A stretch of DNA of 64,000 nucleotides from Carcharhinus longimanus (GCA_030264375.1 JASCQW010000190.1:34620745-34684744), one strand, 5' to 3'. Positions 23,772 through 37,500 are shown, numbered from the stretch's first letter. Notes: a model not told the origin generated them from the letters alone. A program made the numbers and translations.

Positions 23772-24554
23772 GTAATAAAATTGATGATAGCGACCAATGT
23801 AAAAGAGAAAACAAAGCAAGCCAATCAGATAATCTTGGTACACCCTAATTCACCCCGTGGCATACACAGCTTCATCCTCAGGCCATAATTGTCAGAACTA
23901 TTGCAATTTTCATACAAACATCTTTTTGCAAAATCTCCTTCCCAATTCCCCCAGTCACTGCAATGACAACTCCCCGATGTCGGGGTTTCTGTGTACGAAA
24001 TACAAGCACCTTTTGCTTTGGTTTTTATGTTTGCAATGGGAACCACCACCTTTTATAAGAGAGTACATTGTTTTTTTAATTCTCCAGATGCCATTGCTCT
24101 GATGTTTGCCACAAGTAATCAGATTTATTTGAAATGTTTCACAACTTGCCATGTTGAGATTTGAATTCATAACGTCTTCATATATTAATCCCGTACATCA
24201 ACTACTCCACAAGAACTATTCAATGTTAAGATAATATATAGCATTTTATTTAACATATACATATAAAATACATAGTTACTTTTTCAACATGTATTTAGCC
24301 TATGTATAAAGAACAAAGAAACGTAGTGTAATATTACTCAGTTCCACTAAAAATTCATGTACAAATTTTATTCAGATGAGTCTTCTATACGATTTCAAAA
24401 ATAGTGAGACAATTTATGAATGATAAAAGACACAAGTGTAAATGTGTCTTTGTACTCCTTTTGAGCCAGTATATAAGGGTTAGCACAGCTTAACTGTGAG
24501 TACTCTAGCCCATAACAGATCAGTCATGTTGTATATAATTGTAATTCACCAGCT

Positions 24555-24850
24555 TTTTCCCAGCGTGGAAGAGCTAATTACTAGGAGGCATAGGTTTAAG
24601 GTGTGAAGGGCAAGGAGATAAATGAGGCAAGTATTTAACACAGGGTGGTGGGTGCTTGGAACTCGCTGCCAGAGCAGGTAGTGAAAGCAGATGTGGCAGT
24701 GACTTTTAAGCAGTGTCTTGACAAAGACATGAATAGGGTGAGAATAGAGGTCCCTGGAAAGGTAGGGGGTTTTAGTTTAGTCAGACAGCATGGCCAGTGC
24801 AAGAGGGCCAAAGGGCCTGTTCCTATAATTTTCTTTGTTCTTTGTTCATT
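24555..24850 (+). mobile_element. CR1 LINE 3' fragment
   Basis: VVGAWNSLPEQVVKAD..TFKQCLDKDM; tail aagggcctgttcct...(tttgttc)n. Confidence 0.85.
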
Positions 24851-25514
24851 CAACTATCCAACTCTTTGCTTTTCATGTTTCTCTTCATATTTGTGGTTCG
24901 TTGTATCAGGGTTATTTGACTGTGGGGAAAAGAGATGAGTAACAATTTGTCATGCATTAAAGCTACCTCAGCACAATGGATGCCCAAAATTAAATGTAAT
25001 ATTAAATCTATACGCTCATTCATATGAATCTCCTAATTGCCAGGGTATCAGTTTCAGGCAGCAGAAGGTGACAAAACAGCATACAGACAGGGATAATTTG
25101 AATCAGTCTTCAGAAATTAACTCATTTTTCAGAAGATAGATATCCTGTGGAACAGTTGCCATTACCAAACACCAGGTGGTGAATCTTGTGGGGCCAACAA
25201 ATCGCCCACTCCCATACATCCACCTCTCACTCACACCCCATCCTGGCCCCAAAGCTTAAGTTTGCTCAGCACCTTGCCAGCTTCAAGTTTGGCTGCCTTG
25301 CAGTGATAATATGCTGGCAGTGGCCTTAATAGAATGAAAATGGGACTTGCAACCCTCAGAGGTATTGAGTCCCGTCCTAGGGAGCTGCTGGTCATTCTGA
25401 TTGAGTGGCTTCTCTCCAGCCCCAGCAGCTCCAAAAGATAGTAGTGACCCCTGGCTAGGTCAGCAAGCAGACCCCAGCAAGGAAGGAGATCGCGCCTGGA
25501 CTTGAATATTTTTA

Positions 25515-25820
25515 AGGTTTATCTATTAGTGTCACAAGTAGGCTTACATTAACACTGCAATGATGTTACTGTGAAAATCCCCAAGTTGCCAAACTCCAAT
25601 GCCTGTTCGGGTACACTAAGGGAGGATTTAGCAGGGTCGATGTACCTAACCATCATGTCTTTCGGACTGTGGAAAGAAATTGGAGCATCCGGAGGAAATT
25701 CATGCAGACACGGGGAGAACATGCAGACTCCACACAGATAGTGACCCAAGCTGGGAATTGAACCCGGGTCCCTGGTGCTGTGAGGCAGCAGCGCTAACCA
25801 CTGTGCCACCATGCCACCCA
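25515..25820 (-). mobile_element. Shark tRNA SINE
   Basis: Full head and body on - (pseudo-ORF MVAQWLALLPHS..). Confidence 0.92.
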
Positions 25821-26434
25821 GTCCAAGCATCTTAATTGGGCATTGATTGAGGACCCCAGCAAGGGGGCATGTATTAGGGGGTGAGGGCTGGAGTTAGGTT
25901 TCAGAAGACGAAGGGGTTACAAAAATGGGAACTCCTTCTTGTGGGAGGGGGGGGAGGGGCAGGGGGGAGGGAGAGGGGGTGGTGGGCAGGGTGCCCACAA
26001 TGGGCAGACAGGGAATCAATTCTCCAAACGAGGCAAGGCCTCCTTTCTTCTGGGCAGTGGGTTGCACTGTCACAGCTGTTCAGTTGCCTGTCTTCCTCCA
26101 CAGGCTAGAAAACTGCAGCTAAATGAATCCCTTAAGTACCAGTTAATCATCCACTAAAGGCCTCGTTAGGCCCAAGGGCAGGAGGACTGCCTGATGCCAT
26201 ACCTGCAACCCATAATATAGGGCGCAGGTCAGGGAGGGGCAGGAAGGCATTGGGCTGGCTATCCGCTTTATTTTACCTTTGCCCCCTCCTCAACCCCCTT
26301 GCCCACCCCACCTTCAAATATACAAGCTGAGATCTGGAAAATTCAGCCCCAGGAATTTGATGTGTAGAACATGTTATCTGCTGTCAGCTATCATTGCACA
26401 CTGTTAACAATATGTTCCCCGCTCATCCCCACAG

Positions 26435-26585
26435 ATATCTGCGACTATCCCAAAATAACATTTCAACTTTACTGAAACAATGTGAAGAATCTGGGCTACA
26501 AGTCGATATCCACCCACATATGCAAGAGTCTGAAGTCAATGTCGATGGGGTTTTCTCACGCTCCTACAGTTCTGATATACTGTAA
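26435..26585 (+). CDS. C16orf78: C16orf78/DUF4638-like terminal exon (R-YLRLSQNNISTLLKQCEESGLQVDIHPHMQESEVNVDGVFSRSYSSDIL*)
   Basis: Acceptor ccccacag|A completes the Arg codon in phase 2; strong match to recalled human C16orf78 C-terminus RYLRLSKENIRTLLKLCKDAGMNVDIHPHMVEEDIDAKKVF; stop TAA 26583-26585. Confidence 0.88.
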
Positions 26586-26834
26586 AGCAAAGGGGTCATC
26601 CTTTTTAATCTTCCCTACTTATTTTCATTTATCAGTGGCACAAAGGTCCATCCGTAATCTGAGGCAGATGTAGTGTCCACAGAAGTTAACTGGGATGAGA
26701 TGTCAATGTCCAGTTTGAAAATTTCTATTTTACTGCTCTTTCTCTGCTAATGTTCGTACAATCCCTCAGTTGCTGTGTAACCTGCATGTAGGAAACACAT
26801 GAAGACAGATACTCTGCTGATTAACTATGACTCA

Positions 26835-26840
26835 AATAAA
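26835..26840 (+). terminator. Candidate polyadenylation signal of the C16orf78-like gene
   Basis: First AATAAA I found after the stop, about 250 nt downstream. Confidence 0.45.
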
Positions 26841-27811
26841 ATTTTCTAGAATTCACCTTTAGATAATCAGTTTCTTGCTATAAATATTCAGCAACTGTTT
26901 ATTCAAAAGAAGAAAAGACGCTTCTATATTCGGTAAATATTTAAGATGTGACAGTCAATGATTCATTAATATTTTGATCCATTTATTAAATAATTCCTCA
27001 AAGCCAAGATAATTGGGAATATTACATTTGTTTACTCCATATGCTTGTTCTCATTGTCTCTTTTTTTAAATAAGCAATTGTTCATGTTGCTCTAAATCAC
27101 AAGCAAATTGTCATTACCTGCTTCAAGGATGGCATCTGCTCAGGGTCACGAGTTCCTGACAAGGATCGTCATGTGACTGAACTTACTGAGTAGGATGTCC
27201 CATGAGATCATGGGATGCAGTATAAGCAAATAGGGAACACCGACTGCAATATCTAAAGCATTATCCATTTCAAAGCAGACACAACGTTAATTGTGACAGG
27301 GCAAAATCCAGTGACAATTTAAGTTGAACTTTTGAGGCAAGAAATGGGAGGGGAACCTGGCTCACGATTACAATAAAGATCGGAGCAATTAGCATTTCAA
27401 GCTGGTGTTTAAAATGTGCCATCTTCCGTGCCAGAATTCTCCTGTTTTATGGCAATCTCAATTTGAGGAGATTGATGGGTTTCACAAACAAAAAGTAAAG
27501 CAAATGCTGGAGATTGTACAATACAAAACCCGGCAAACTCAGCAGCACAAGTAGATGAGTTGGCATTTCAGGCCTTTCAACAGAACTTGAAAAGTTAACT
27601 CATTTGTTCTCTTCATAGATGATCATCCACAGATTCAGTTGCACTGTGTTACTTTTTAGGGCACTAAATTGTCTACTAAGCCTCTATGATTGTGGACTGG
27701 AATTCCATGCTCACTTGGAGCCATAACCTTGTCACCCACCATGCAGCATAGGCAAAAACAACAGGTACCCAGGCCCATGTTTGCCACAGGCATTATGTCA
27801 TTAACATATTA

Positions 27812-28310
27812 GGGTGGCATGGTGACACAATAGTTAGCTGTCTCACAGCACCAGGAACCTGGGTTCAATTCTGACATCAGCTCACTGTCTATGTACAGTT
27901 TGCACATTCTCCCCATGTCTGCGTGGGTTTCCTCCAAGTGCTCTGGTTTCTTCCCACAGTCCAAAAATGTGCAGGTTGGGTGGATTGGCCATGATCAATG
28001 CCCAGGGTTGCAGGATTGATCAGATATTCATGGAACGTAGAACATATTCAATACTGTATTGATCCAAACCTTGCAATCAGCAATAACGCAAGGAAGCTAT
28101 CAGGCCTCAAATAACGCTGCCCAGAAAGTTATAGCGATTTAGCTTCAGAAACCCTGGTTCAATTCTAGTCTTGGGTCACTGTCTGTGTGGAATTTGCACG
28201 TTCTCCCCATGTCTGCATGGGTTTCCTCCAAATGCTCTGGTTTCCTCCCACAGTCCAAAGATGTGCAGGTTAGGTGGATTGGCTGTTCTAAATTGCTTCT
28301 CAGTATCCCA
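27812..28310 (+). mobile_element. Two partial shark tRNA SINE copies (about 27812-28010 and 28150-28310)
   Basis: B-box and body motifs ctccccatgtctgc.tgggtttcctcca..tgctctggtttc. Confidence 0.85.
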
Positions 28311-28844
28311 ACATGTGTAGGTAAGGAGAAATTGGTGCTGTAAGTATGTGTGTGGAATTTTCCAGACACCACATCAAAAAAATGGAAAATGCAAGAAATT
28401 CTCAAGAGATTAATTAGGTTCTAAGAGAGGTTTACATTTCAGGTTTGACTCTTTATTAGGACTGATATTCTTTCTAAAGTCAACATATATTGTGATCACA
28501 TTTTTATTTGAAAGCATAACTAAAACAAAAGAAGATTTAAAGAAGGCCAGGGCAAATTAGATATGAAATGGAGCATTTGTGTTTGAGAATACGGGAGTGC
28601 TAGGAGTGCTTATTTTGTATCAGCGCTTCTGGTCGGTGAGAATAAAGCAGTCTCACAGTACAGGATAAGGATATGGAAAATGTTATGGTAATTTACAAAA
28701 CTGAAGACACATTGTGACATAAGAATATTGGAAAAAGGAGCAACAGTAGGCCACTTGGTCCATCAAATCTGCTCCGCCACTCAATAAGATCATGGCTGAC
28801 CTGATTGTGTACACAATAGCTGTGTAATTTCACTTGATAAGTGA

Positions 28845-29245
28845 ATCACAATCCATTACGCAGAACCGCCTCCCATCCATTGACTCTGTCTACACTTCCC
28901 GATGCCTTGGCAACACAGCCAGCATAATTAAGGACCCCATGCAACCCGGACATTCTCTCTTCCACCTTCTTTCGTTGGGAAAAAGATCCAAAAGTCTGAG
29001 GACACGTACCAACTGACTCAAGACCAAATTTTTCCTGCTGCCATCAGACTTTTGAATGGACCTACCATATATTAAGTGAATCTTACTCTACTGCCTTTCT
29101 GTAACTGTAACACTATATTCTACACTCTCTCCTTTCCTTCTCTCCCATGTATTCTATGCTTTGTCTATACAGCACACAAGGAACATTACTTTTCATTGCA
29201 TACCAATACATGTGACAATAATAAAACAAATCAAATCAAATCAAA
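28845..29245 (+). mobile_element. LINE 3' end (L2/Rex-like) with (caaat)n tail
   Basis: LPSIDSVYTSRCL..ASIIKDP..PGHSLFHLL RT C-terminal-like peptide; same 3' UTR at about 46370-46530. Confidence 0.7.
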
Positions 29246-29744
29246 CTGTTGTTCTGGATCCACAATCCATCTGTTGCCGTTTTGATTAACTGAGAAAGTC
29301 ATAATCCCCACCTGAAGCTTCACTAAAGTATGCAACTTAGGGTTTTCTCATACCAATAGGACCCCATTGCTATTTTTATTAAAATTTGAGAGGTCACAGC
29401 TCAGTGCTGGGTCATGCCAGACAGAAAAGGCCAGTGCTACTAGGAGAGTTATCCCCATGGTCATTCTCAGATCACGAGTGTTCATCTAGAGAATTGAAGT
29501 GGCATTTTTAAAGGAAACTGAATCTCTGCATTTTTTTGCACGGAGAACTTTTGGGTTTACTGAATTCAAACATGACTTTGGTCATTGGTTAGCAGCCACA
29601 GGTAGGGAAGGAATAGGAGCATCAGCAACAAGAGGCAGGGCTTTAGGGAGCGTCATGTAGCCATGTAGGGAGCATCGAGGATCACCAGACTCAGCTATTT
29701 AAACTTCAGCTTTGTAAAAGGGGGTTTGTGCTTTGCACAGAATG

Positions 29745-30062
29745 ATCATGGGATCCCTACAGTACAGAAGGAGTTCATTCAGCCCATCAAGCCTGCACTG
29801 ACAACAATACTATCCAGGCTTTAACCCCGCAGCCCAATGTATTTACCCTGCTAATCCCCAACATTAAGAGCCAATTTATCATGGCCAATCAACTAACCCG
29901 CACATCTTTGGACTGTGGGAGGAAACCGAAGCACCCAGAGGAAACCCACGCAGACACGGAAAAAATGTGCAGACTCCACACAGATAGTGACCCAAGTCAG
30001 AATTGAACCCAGATCCCTGGCGCTGTGAGGCAGCAGTGCTACCCACTGTGCCACCGTGTCTC
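29745..30062 (-). mobile_element. HE1-type SINE
   Basis: Head and CR1-like tail on -. Confidence 0.9.
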
Positions 30063-30477
30063 CCTGATATAGAATGTTCTAGCAAAAGCTGAAGCTCACT
30101 AAAACAGTCAGTGCTGCATTGCACTTAATGTGATTATAATCACCAATATTGCATCTTGGCCATTTCTGTTTGCAACTGGAGATAGATGAACCTCAGGCTG
30201 CAGTACATTCTGCGAGTAATAGACACATTACTTATCAGAGGGTTGCGAATGAAAGTCCCATTCCAGAGACTTGAATACAAAACAGATGCTCAAGTGTAGT
30301 ACCAAGAGGACAGCAGTGTATCTTTCAGATGGGACATTAAAGTAAAGACACATCTGTTCATTAAGGTGGATATGATTGTGAAAACTGGCTTCACATCAAA
30401 TTTGCTTGCAGCAAAGTTGGCTACACAACCTGCATCACTATACCTTCCGCATTGCAATCCATTGAGATGGAGGCCCT

Positions 30478-30915
30478 GGCCTGAATTTCCCATTCTAGGG
30501 CTAAATCCCACAGTGGGGGCAGGAGGCAGGAATATTTCTCCCCACAAAGCCTAACTGGAAATCGTGCTGGGCTCAGTAATTACGCACTTGGGGTTTCCCA
30601 ACCTTGTTAGCATCAGGACGGACACGGCCATATTTAAAAGGCATCTGGACAGCTGCTATTTGGTCACCTTCTGAACTGTGGTCCAAGAAATGACTTGGCG
30701 ATCCCAGGCAGCACCAACTTCCAGATTCAGTGATCCATACTGGAAGGACTGATGAATGAAGTGGAGGACAAGATGGAAAGAGGAAGCCCACCCAACTCAC
30801 CAACACTGCATGGAAGGTAGTTGCCCAGGTGGTGAGTGGTAACAGAGTACACCAGAGGATCATCCTGTGGTGCAGGGAAAGAACAAATGACCTAATCCAA
30901 GCCACCAGGGTAAGT
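30478..30915 (+). mobile_element. Second Harbinger-like remnant with degenerate Myb/SANT exon
   Basis: TIR-like ggcctgaatttccc at 30478; ..TNTAWKVVAQVVSGNRVHQRIILWCRERTNDLIQATR|gtaagt ends at 30909, the same splice position as the 22131 copy. Confidence 0.6.
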
Positions 30916-31686
30916 AAATTCTCGAATGCTCAAACTCACCCCATAGAGTGGGAACTGGGACATGGGTCTCAGTGACCAGGCCACCATTTGCGCTGCCCAT
31001 GTATATAGGACTTCTCAATGCGATGTATTGGTTCTTTATAGCCATACTGCTGCCCATGTAGTCCGCAGGCAGACAGGTAACAGTGGGCCATTGACCCTGC
31101 CACACAAGCTCGTGTGTGGAAAGGGGTAGAGGGCACAAGAAGGCACAGCTGCACCATTACTTCTTGTGCCTTATCCTTATATCTGCATTGGCTCCCAGCT
31201 CTAGAGGGTGCTACCAAAGAACTCCAGTGGACCAGGTGCATCATTCACCTGGTATACAGTAGCCAAATTCACCAAGTCAACAGGACAAAATGGTCACCAG
31301 GCAGAGTCCCACCCCCCCCCACCCCCCCCCCCCCCCCCCGCAACCACCATCGCCCCCGCTGGCTTCCTGGGGCCCCGTGTTCGCCACATCTACCAGCAAG
31401 TGGGATTGGGGAGGGGAGGGGGTAGAAGGGGAGTGGGTTTAGAGAGCAAAAACATCACCCCCCCCCTCCCCACCCCCACAACCCAGAGACAATTGTACCC
31501 TCTACCTGCCACCACCCACCCCACACACACACACACATACACACACCCCTCCTAACAACTGAGGTGCGAGACTGACCTGCGCTACTGTCCATGAAATGCT
31601 TACTAAACATTGAGTATCAGATTAATTTTGCCATAATGGGTGCTAACTATAGACACATGATCCTAGCTATCTAAAATATATACTGC

Positions 31687-31709
31687 ATGTGTGTGTGTGT
31701 GTGTGTGTG
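31687..31709. repeat. (TG)n microsatellite
   Basis: Direct observation; (CA)n also at about 31522-31545. Confidence 0.9.
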
Positions 31710-32329
31710 TTAGTATAGGTGACTGATCTATCGTTTGTTNNNNNNNNNNNNNNNNNNNNNNNNNNNNNNNNNNNNNNNNNNNNNNNNNNNNNNNNNNNNN
31801 NNNNNNNNNNNNNNNNNNNNNNNNNNNNNNNNNNNNNNNAAAAGGAAACTCCCAATTTCCATTCCTTACTCTCTATAATCAACATGCTTTTTCAGAAAGG
31901 TGGGTCTGTGTCTTGCTTAGCCTCCATTAGGATGTGATCAATTCAAAGAACCAGCACAAGACTTCCATGAGTTCAAACGTAAAGCAGATTATTTACTGAC
32001 ACATTCAGCCCAAATCTAAATGTTATGTCAAAATTGAAAACTGAAGGCACAGATACCTAATGATTCAATGTTTGGAATAAACATCAAACAATAGCAGATG
32101 TGAGTTCCACAAAGGGGTGCTGCCCAGGCATGTCCACTCAAGTGGACTCTCTCACCCAGATTGATTCAATTAGGATCTTTCTGAAAGCTCGAGGTAGTCT
32201 GTGTTGAAGCTGCAAAGGTCACCTGATCCTTTGATAGCCATCTTAGCCACCTCGTGAAAAATCATAAAAAACATTCTAGAGGTTTCCATGGGAACACAGT
32301 CTATGTTTGAAGTTATGAATAGAATGTGC

Positions 32330-32765
32330 CTTCATTCAGCATAACAGTCAGAAAGTTGTAGGTTCAAGTCCCACTCCAGGACGCGAGCCCAAAAATCAAG
32401 GTTGACACTCCAGTACTGAGGAGATATTACACCCTCAAAGATGCCATCTTTCAGACAAGACTCCAAACTGAACCTATCTGACCTCTCATACTAAAGTAAA
32501 AAAATTTATGGCAATTTCATGAGGAGAACTGGGGAGTTATCTCCAGTGTCATGGCCAATATTTATACCTCAATAAACATCACAAAAAAGCAATGATCTGG
32601 TCTTGATCACATTTTGGTTTGTGGGAGCTTGCTGTGCACAAATTGGCTGCTGCATTTCTAATAACAGTGACTACATTTTGAAATTGCTTATTTGACTACA
32701 AAGTGCTTCATGACACTCTGCAGTTGTGAAAAGCACTACTTCAATGCAAGTCTTTTCCTTTCTTC
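32330..32765 (+). mobile_element. DeuSINE (SacSINE1-like)
   Basis: tRNA-like head ggttcaagtcccactccag; Deu-domain-like ggggagttatctccagtgtcatggccaatatttat ... gtgggagcttgctgtgcacaaattggctgctgcattt; L2-like tail. More decayed copy at about 30250-30470. Confidence 0.7.
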
Positions 32766-34102
32766 CTACAAGACCAAATGAGAAACAAGTCAAAACATTT
32801 TGTGATTGCTGCACAAAACAATGGAATCAAGAGCGAAAACTTGCACCAGCTAGTACTTTTAAAAACAGTAGAATATCCCACAGAAGCTTAATTAGACCCT
32901 GGTTTCATCAAAACACTTTTTCAGAAAGTTGGGCTTTTGTATCAACATATTGCCAAGGCTTTAGCACCAGCTAGTGGAGGAAAATTTTAGTTCAAACGTT
33001 TGTGGGGATGCAATTTGCCTTAAAACCCTACATTTTACTAACAATTACAAAGTGCAGTTTATAAAGTTTGAATTGAGCCCCTATTGCATTAATTTATTTA
33101 CAGCAGTAGGTGTCAGCAAAAGGCTGCAGGCCAACATAGATCTAACTTCAGGTTTGTACATGTTTTCACACATATTGTTTCCTGTCAGATTTTGCTGTCA
33201 TCACTTTCCCACCAAAGGACAAAGTTCTTCCTTGCAGCATTGAAAATATGGCAGATGCAAAGACTCAGACGTTGCTCTGCCTGGAATAATCATTGGAACA
33301 TTGTGAAAATGCAGATTGTTATGGTAAATACATGAAAGTTATGCACGAGACACGGAACAAGGGCAACAATCACTAGCAATGTAATAAGATAGCACAGAGT
33401 GAAATCACCATATCTCTTTTACCCCACTTTTATCTACTGTATAAACTGGAGAGTGGAGAATTTAGATAAATAGCCTGCAAGAATCATTCTCCCTCGCCTT
33501 TTCCTCAATTGAAATCCTGAATTCCCAGAAGAATGTGAGAGAAAGCATAAACATTCACACATCTTTTAGTTGTGCCCAAAAATCCAACCCTATAGAGAAT
33601 TAAACAAAGTTGTCAAAGTCAGCATGGAGTTCGATGTCTGGGCTGCCAGCAACCCACTGCTGCATGAATCACGTAGGATAAACTGGTAAGGTAGATCCAT
33701 CAAATCCTCAAGATATGGGCCAAACTTTCATCTGGTTGGGATGGGATGCATGCTCAACCTGGAAGAGTGTAAAATCGGGCGAGAAGGCATTGGGCACATG
33801 CCCCAAAGTCATCATGCCCACGCATGCACACAGAGGGCATGATATTTTGGTCAGTGCACAAAGTTGGAAGCTCGCCTGCCAACAATCAAGAAGCCAACTT
33901 AAATTAATTAAACACAAATTGAGTGGAATTTTATGTTGCACGTCTGCCTTTATGGTTGGCGGGGGGGTGGCGGGGGGGAAGGCGGTGTGGGCTGGTTGGC
34001 CAGACAGCCTTTAGTTTTTATCTGCAACCTCAATCCAGGGCAGGATGAAATGTCAGGGCTGAAGTAAAATTGACAAATGTGACTGAGGTCTGTGTATGAT
34101 TG

Positions 34103-34540
34103 CCATGATGTGGAGATGCCAATGTTGGATTGGGGTGGGCACAGTAAGAAGTCTCACAACAGCAGGTTAAAGTCCAACAGGCTTATTTGGAATCGTGAGC
34201 TTTTGGAGTGCTGCTCTTTCATCAGGTGGCAGGTTTCACAAACACGGCATATATAGACGCAGACACAATTGCAAGATAATGGTTGGATTGCGAGTCTTTA
34301 CAGGTAATCAAGTCTTTACAGCTTCAGACAGTGTGAGTGGAGAGAGGGATAATCACAGGTTAAAGTGTGGAATTGTCTCAAGCCAGACAATTAGTAGGAT
34401 TTTGCAAGTCCAGGCCAAACGTTGAGATAGTGTGACATGAACCCAAGATCCCAGTTGAGACCGTCCTCATATGTGCGGAACTTGGCTATCAGTTTCTGCT
34501 CGGTGATTCTGCACTGTCGTGTGTAGTGAAGGCCGCCCTA
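34103..34540 (-). mobile_element. Penelope-like element 3' end (GIY-YIG C-terminus plus terminal repeat)
   Basis: - strand reads GGLHYTRQCRITEQKLIAKFRTYEDGLNWDLGFMSHY; terminal repeat contains CTGATGA..(G>A)AAA hammerhead-like core at about 34200-34226. Confidence 0.75.
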
Positions 34541-37500
34541 GAGAACATTGTACCAAGATGCTCATTGTATAGTTATATCATCGATATTTATTTTTCACCA
34601 TCCCCTCGGTTCTCTGTGCCCTCCCCTTCTAACTTCCCTGGTAGTGTTCAGCCTTTCGCAGAGCTTGTTTCATGCTGGCTACCGGTCAGTTGGCCAGCCA
34701 GGGTGAAATTGTGCTCCGGGGTCGTAGCCAGGAATGTATTTCAGTCCTGCCAAAAAAATTCTAAGCCCCCAATTCGCATGAAAATGTAAGTAACTCCTGC
34801 TAATTTTTTAATGGGATTTTCAGAATGTACCTCTGACACTCTGTGCAGCACAGAATGCCCCAGAGAGATTCACACTGAAAATCAGGGGGCTGGGCCTATT
34901 CCCGCTGGTCAGGCCGGCAGTTTAGCGCTGAACGGTACACTGCGCGTGCGTCAATTTGTCAGAGCGGAGATCAGAGTATGTGCAGTGGCCTTGCATTGCA
35001 GGCCTCCCAATTGATGGCCAGCCCCACAATCCCCCATTGCAGTCATTACTGACTCATTCCCCCACTCCCTGGTTGCTGGCCTCCCAGACTTCCCCAATTA
35101 ACCACTTCCCCAATCACTATGTCCCACTCTCTAGCCAGCTTGATCTCCCCGGATTCCACTAGTCAATTGCGAACTTCTGATCTCCCCCGACAGTCCTGAT
35201 CCTCCACCCCCGCCCCCACAAGCTTCCAGAGGCCCTAACCCCCCAACAGCCCGGACCCGCACCCTCCCATCTGATGGCCAGCTCTGATTGCCGTGTTCCC
35301 TCCCTCTGCCACTGATCCCAAATGCGGAGTGGCAGCGGGACCTTCCCATCCTCAACAATCATGCCCCCATAGGCCCTGCCCCCCCGATGGGCCCACCCTC
35401 TCTGGCCACACACCCTTAGCAGCACCAAGGTGCCCCTTGGGCAATGCCATTTTGCCCCTTGGGCAGTGCCGGAGACTAGGCCTGCACTGCCAGGCTGGCA
35501 CTAACCAGTGGGCACCAAGCCATTTTACCCTAACCTCCTGGGAGGTGGGAGGTGGGGAGGCCTCCATGACCTCTCTCCACTCCAGCAGGGTCGGGCTGCC
35601 TGCTCCCAGTCAGTGGAGAGAACCACTCCCAGCGAAGGGGGAGCACTTTGGATCCAGAGACTTCAGTCGTGGGCCCACTAATAAGTTGGATTAGCAGATT
35701 CTGCACTGATTTCTGGTACGGAGATAATTACTCTGAAAACCTTTGCCACAGAGGCCATGGTGCCCAGCCCATGAAACGACCTCCGGTGATGTTTTCTGAC
35801 CTCTTGCGCTGTTAGAGCAGTGCAGTGGGCTGGGAGAATCACTCCCACAATTTTTTTTAATTGATGTGAAGAACCATCTCTGCCTCTTTTACAATGGGGC
35901 ATGAATATAGCTCACTTGAGGCAAATTACACCCCTGTTCCCATGGAGTTATTTAGCACTTTGGTCTACTGGCTCTTACCTTCTTGTGTATATGGACGTGG
36001 ATAATTATTTATCTGTTCCTTATGTTGCCATTAGATGTTACATACCCTGAAATTGTTTAACACTGTGAGCGCCCCTTAAAATCAGTTAAATTATCCATCC
36101 ATCAGAATTTATTTTCAATGATCAGTCTAGGTTAAATTAAAATCCATCAGTTGTTACATGCTATTGAAGGCCCAGAGGACAATTGTGGTTATAAAAATAA
36201 AGTGAATAAGTTGTCCACATTTTGCAGTGAGATCACAACTCTAACTTTGCATATTTTTAGTGCAACAAAAAGTGAGACCGCCCATTTGACTTTTCTAAGT
36301 CCTCCTCTTGAATAATTGTCTTGGTTGGAGTTTCAGCCAGAAAGGGGCCTTCTTTCAAAGCTGAGTTGGCTCACAAGGTCCAATCTCCAGACAACTGCAC
36401 TTCCCAAGATTCACTGATGGACTCCTTGGAATTACCCATACACTGACTACACAGAAATAGTCCAGGAAGTTTGGACTTCCCACGGGTAATTCCCCTGCAG
36501 CTGAAACCCCCTGAAACTCTGAGCTAAAGTCAGAGACTCACTTACCAGAAGAAATTACCCAGGAAATGTTAACAGGATTAAAAACAATTCTAACTCCTGG
36601 GTCACTATATCACTGACCCCACCCCCAATATCAACTCCCCACTGGACCCAACCTCGTCCTCCCGATGACTTGACAATTCCCTTTCTCCCAACGAACCCCC
36701 AACCCAACTAACTCCTAACCCGACTAACTGCCGACCTGACCACATTCCTGACCCCCCTAAAACTACTCCCCCAACCCAGCTAGCCCCTTGCTCTCCTGTC
36801 CCTTGCCTGACCTGACCATACTTGAAACCCCAACACAACCTATCCCATCACCCATCCACCTCGCCCAGCCATTCACCTGCCACAAGACACCTCACCTACT
36901 TACCTACCACCCTACGCCTCAGCCAATTGACTACCACCCAACCCCCTCACTCACCCAACTGCCATGCAATACCTCACCCATTTACCTGTTAGCATACATC
37001 TCAGTCACTTACCCACCTCCTTACCCTCTCACTCACCTACCTGTCACCCTAACCCTCACACCTAATTCCACACACTTAGCATCTCTCTGTAGCTCCTCAG
37101 GGTGGTTTTGGGATATTTAAACTGACCAGAATAAAGCGCAGGTGCTGTAAAAAAGGCACATGGCTTTGCTTTCCCACCACAGTGCTCCACTGACAGGGAG
37201 GGCTCTGAGAAAAGGTAAATTCTGCATTTCTGAAGAGGTTCAGTTTGGAAGTCCACATGTGAAAGGTGGAGTTCCAGCGCTTAACCTTTTAACTGATCAA
37301 GTCAAAGAAATTGGTCTGGTGAGCTTTCTTGAGTTTAAAATGAAAAGGAGTTAGTTTTTATAAACGCCATATATTGCGGATGCTGGAATCTGAAACAAAA
37401 CAGAAAAATGCTTGAAAATTTCAGCAAGTCTGACAGCATCTGTGGGGAGAGAGTAGAGCAAACATTTTGAGTCTAGATAACCCTTTGTCAGAGCTGAGTT

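Noticed and set aside
23523-23843. Minus-strand 106-aa ORF
   Set aside because: Antisense shadow of the + strand C16orf78-like exon, which has phase-consistent splice sites and family similarity.
31114-31555. Proline/glycine-rich ORFs
   Set aside because: Result of poly-C/poly-G tracts inside a repeat remnant; no splice or homology support.
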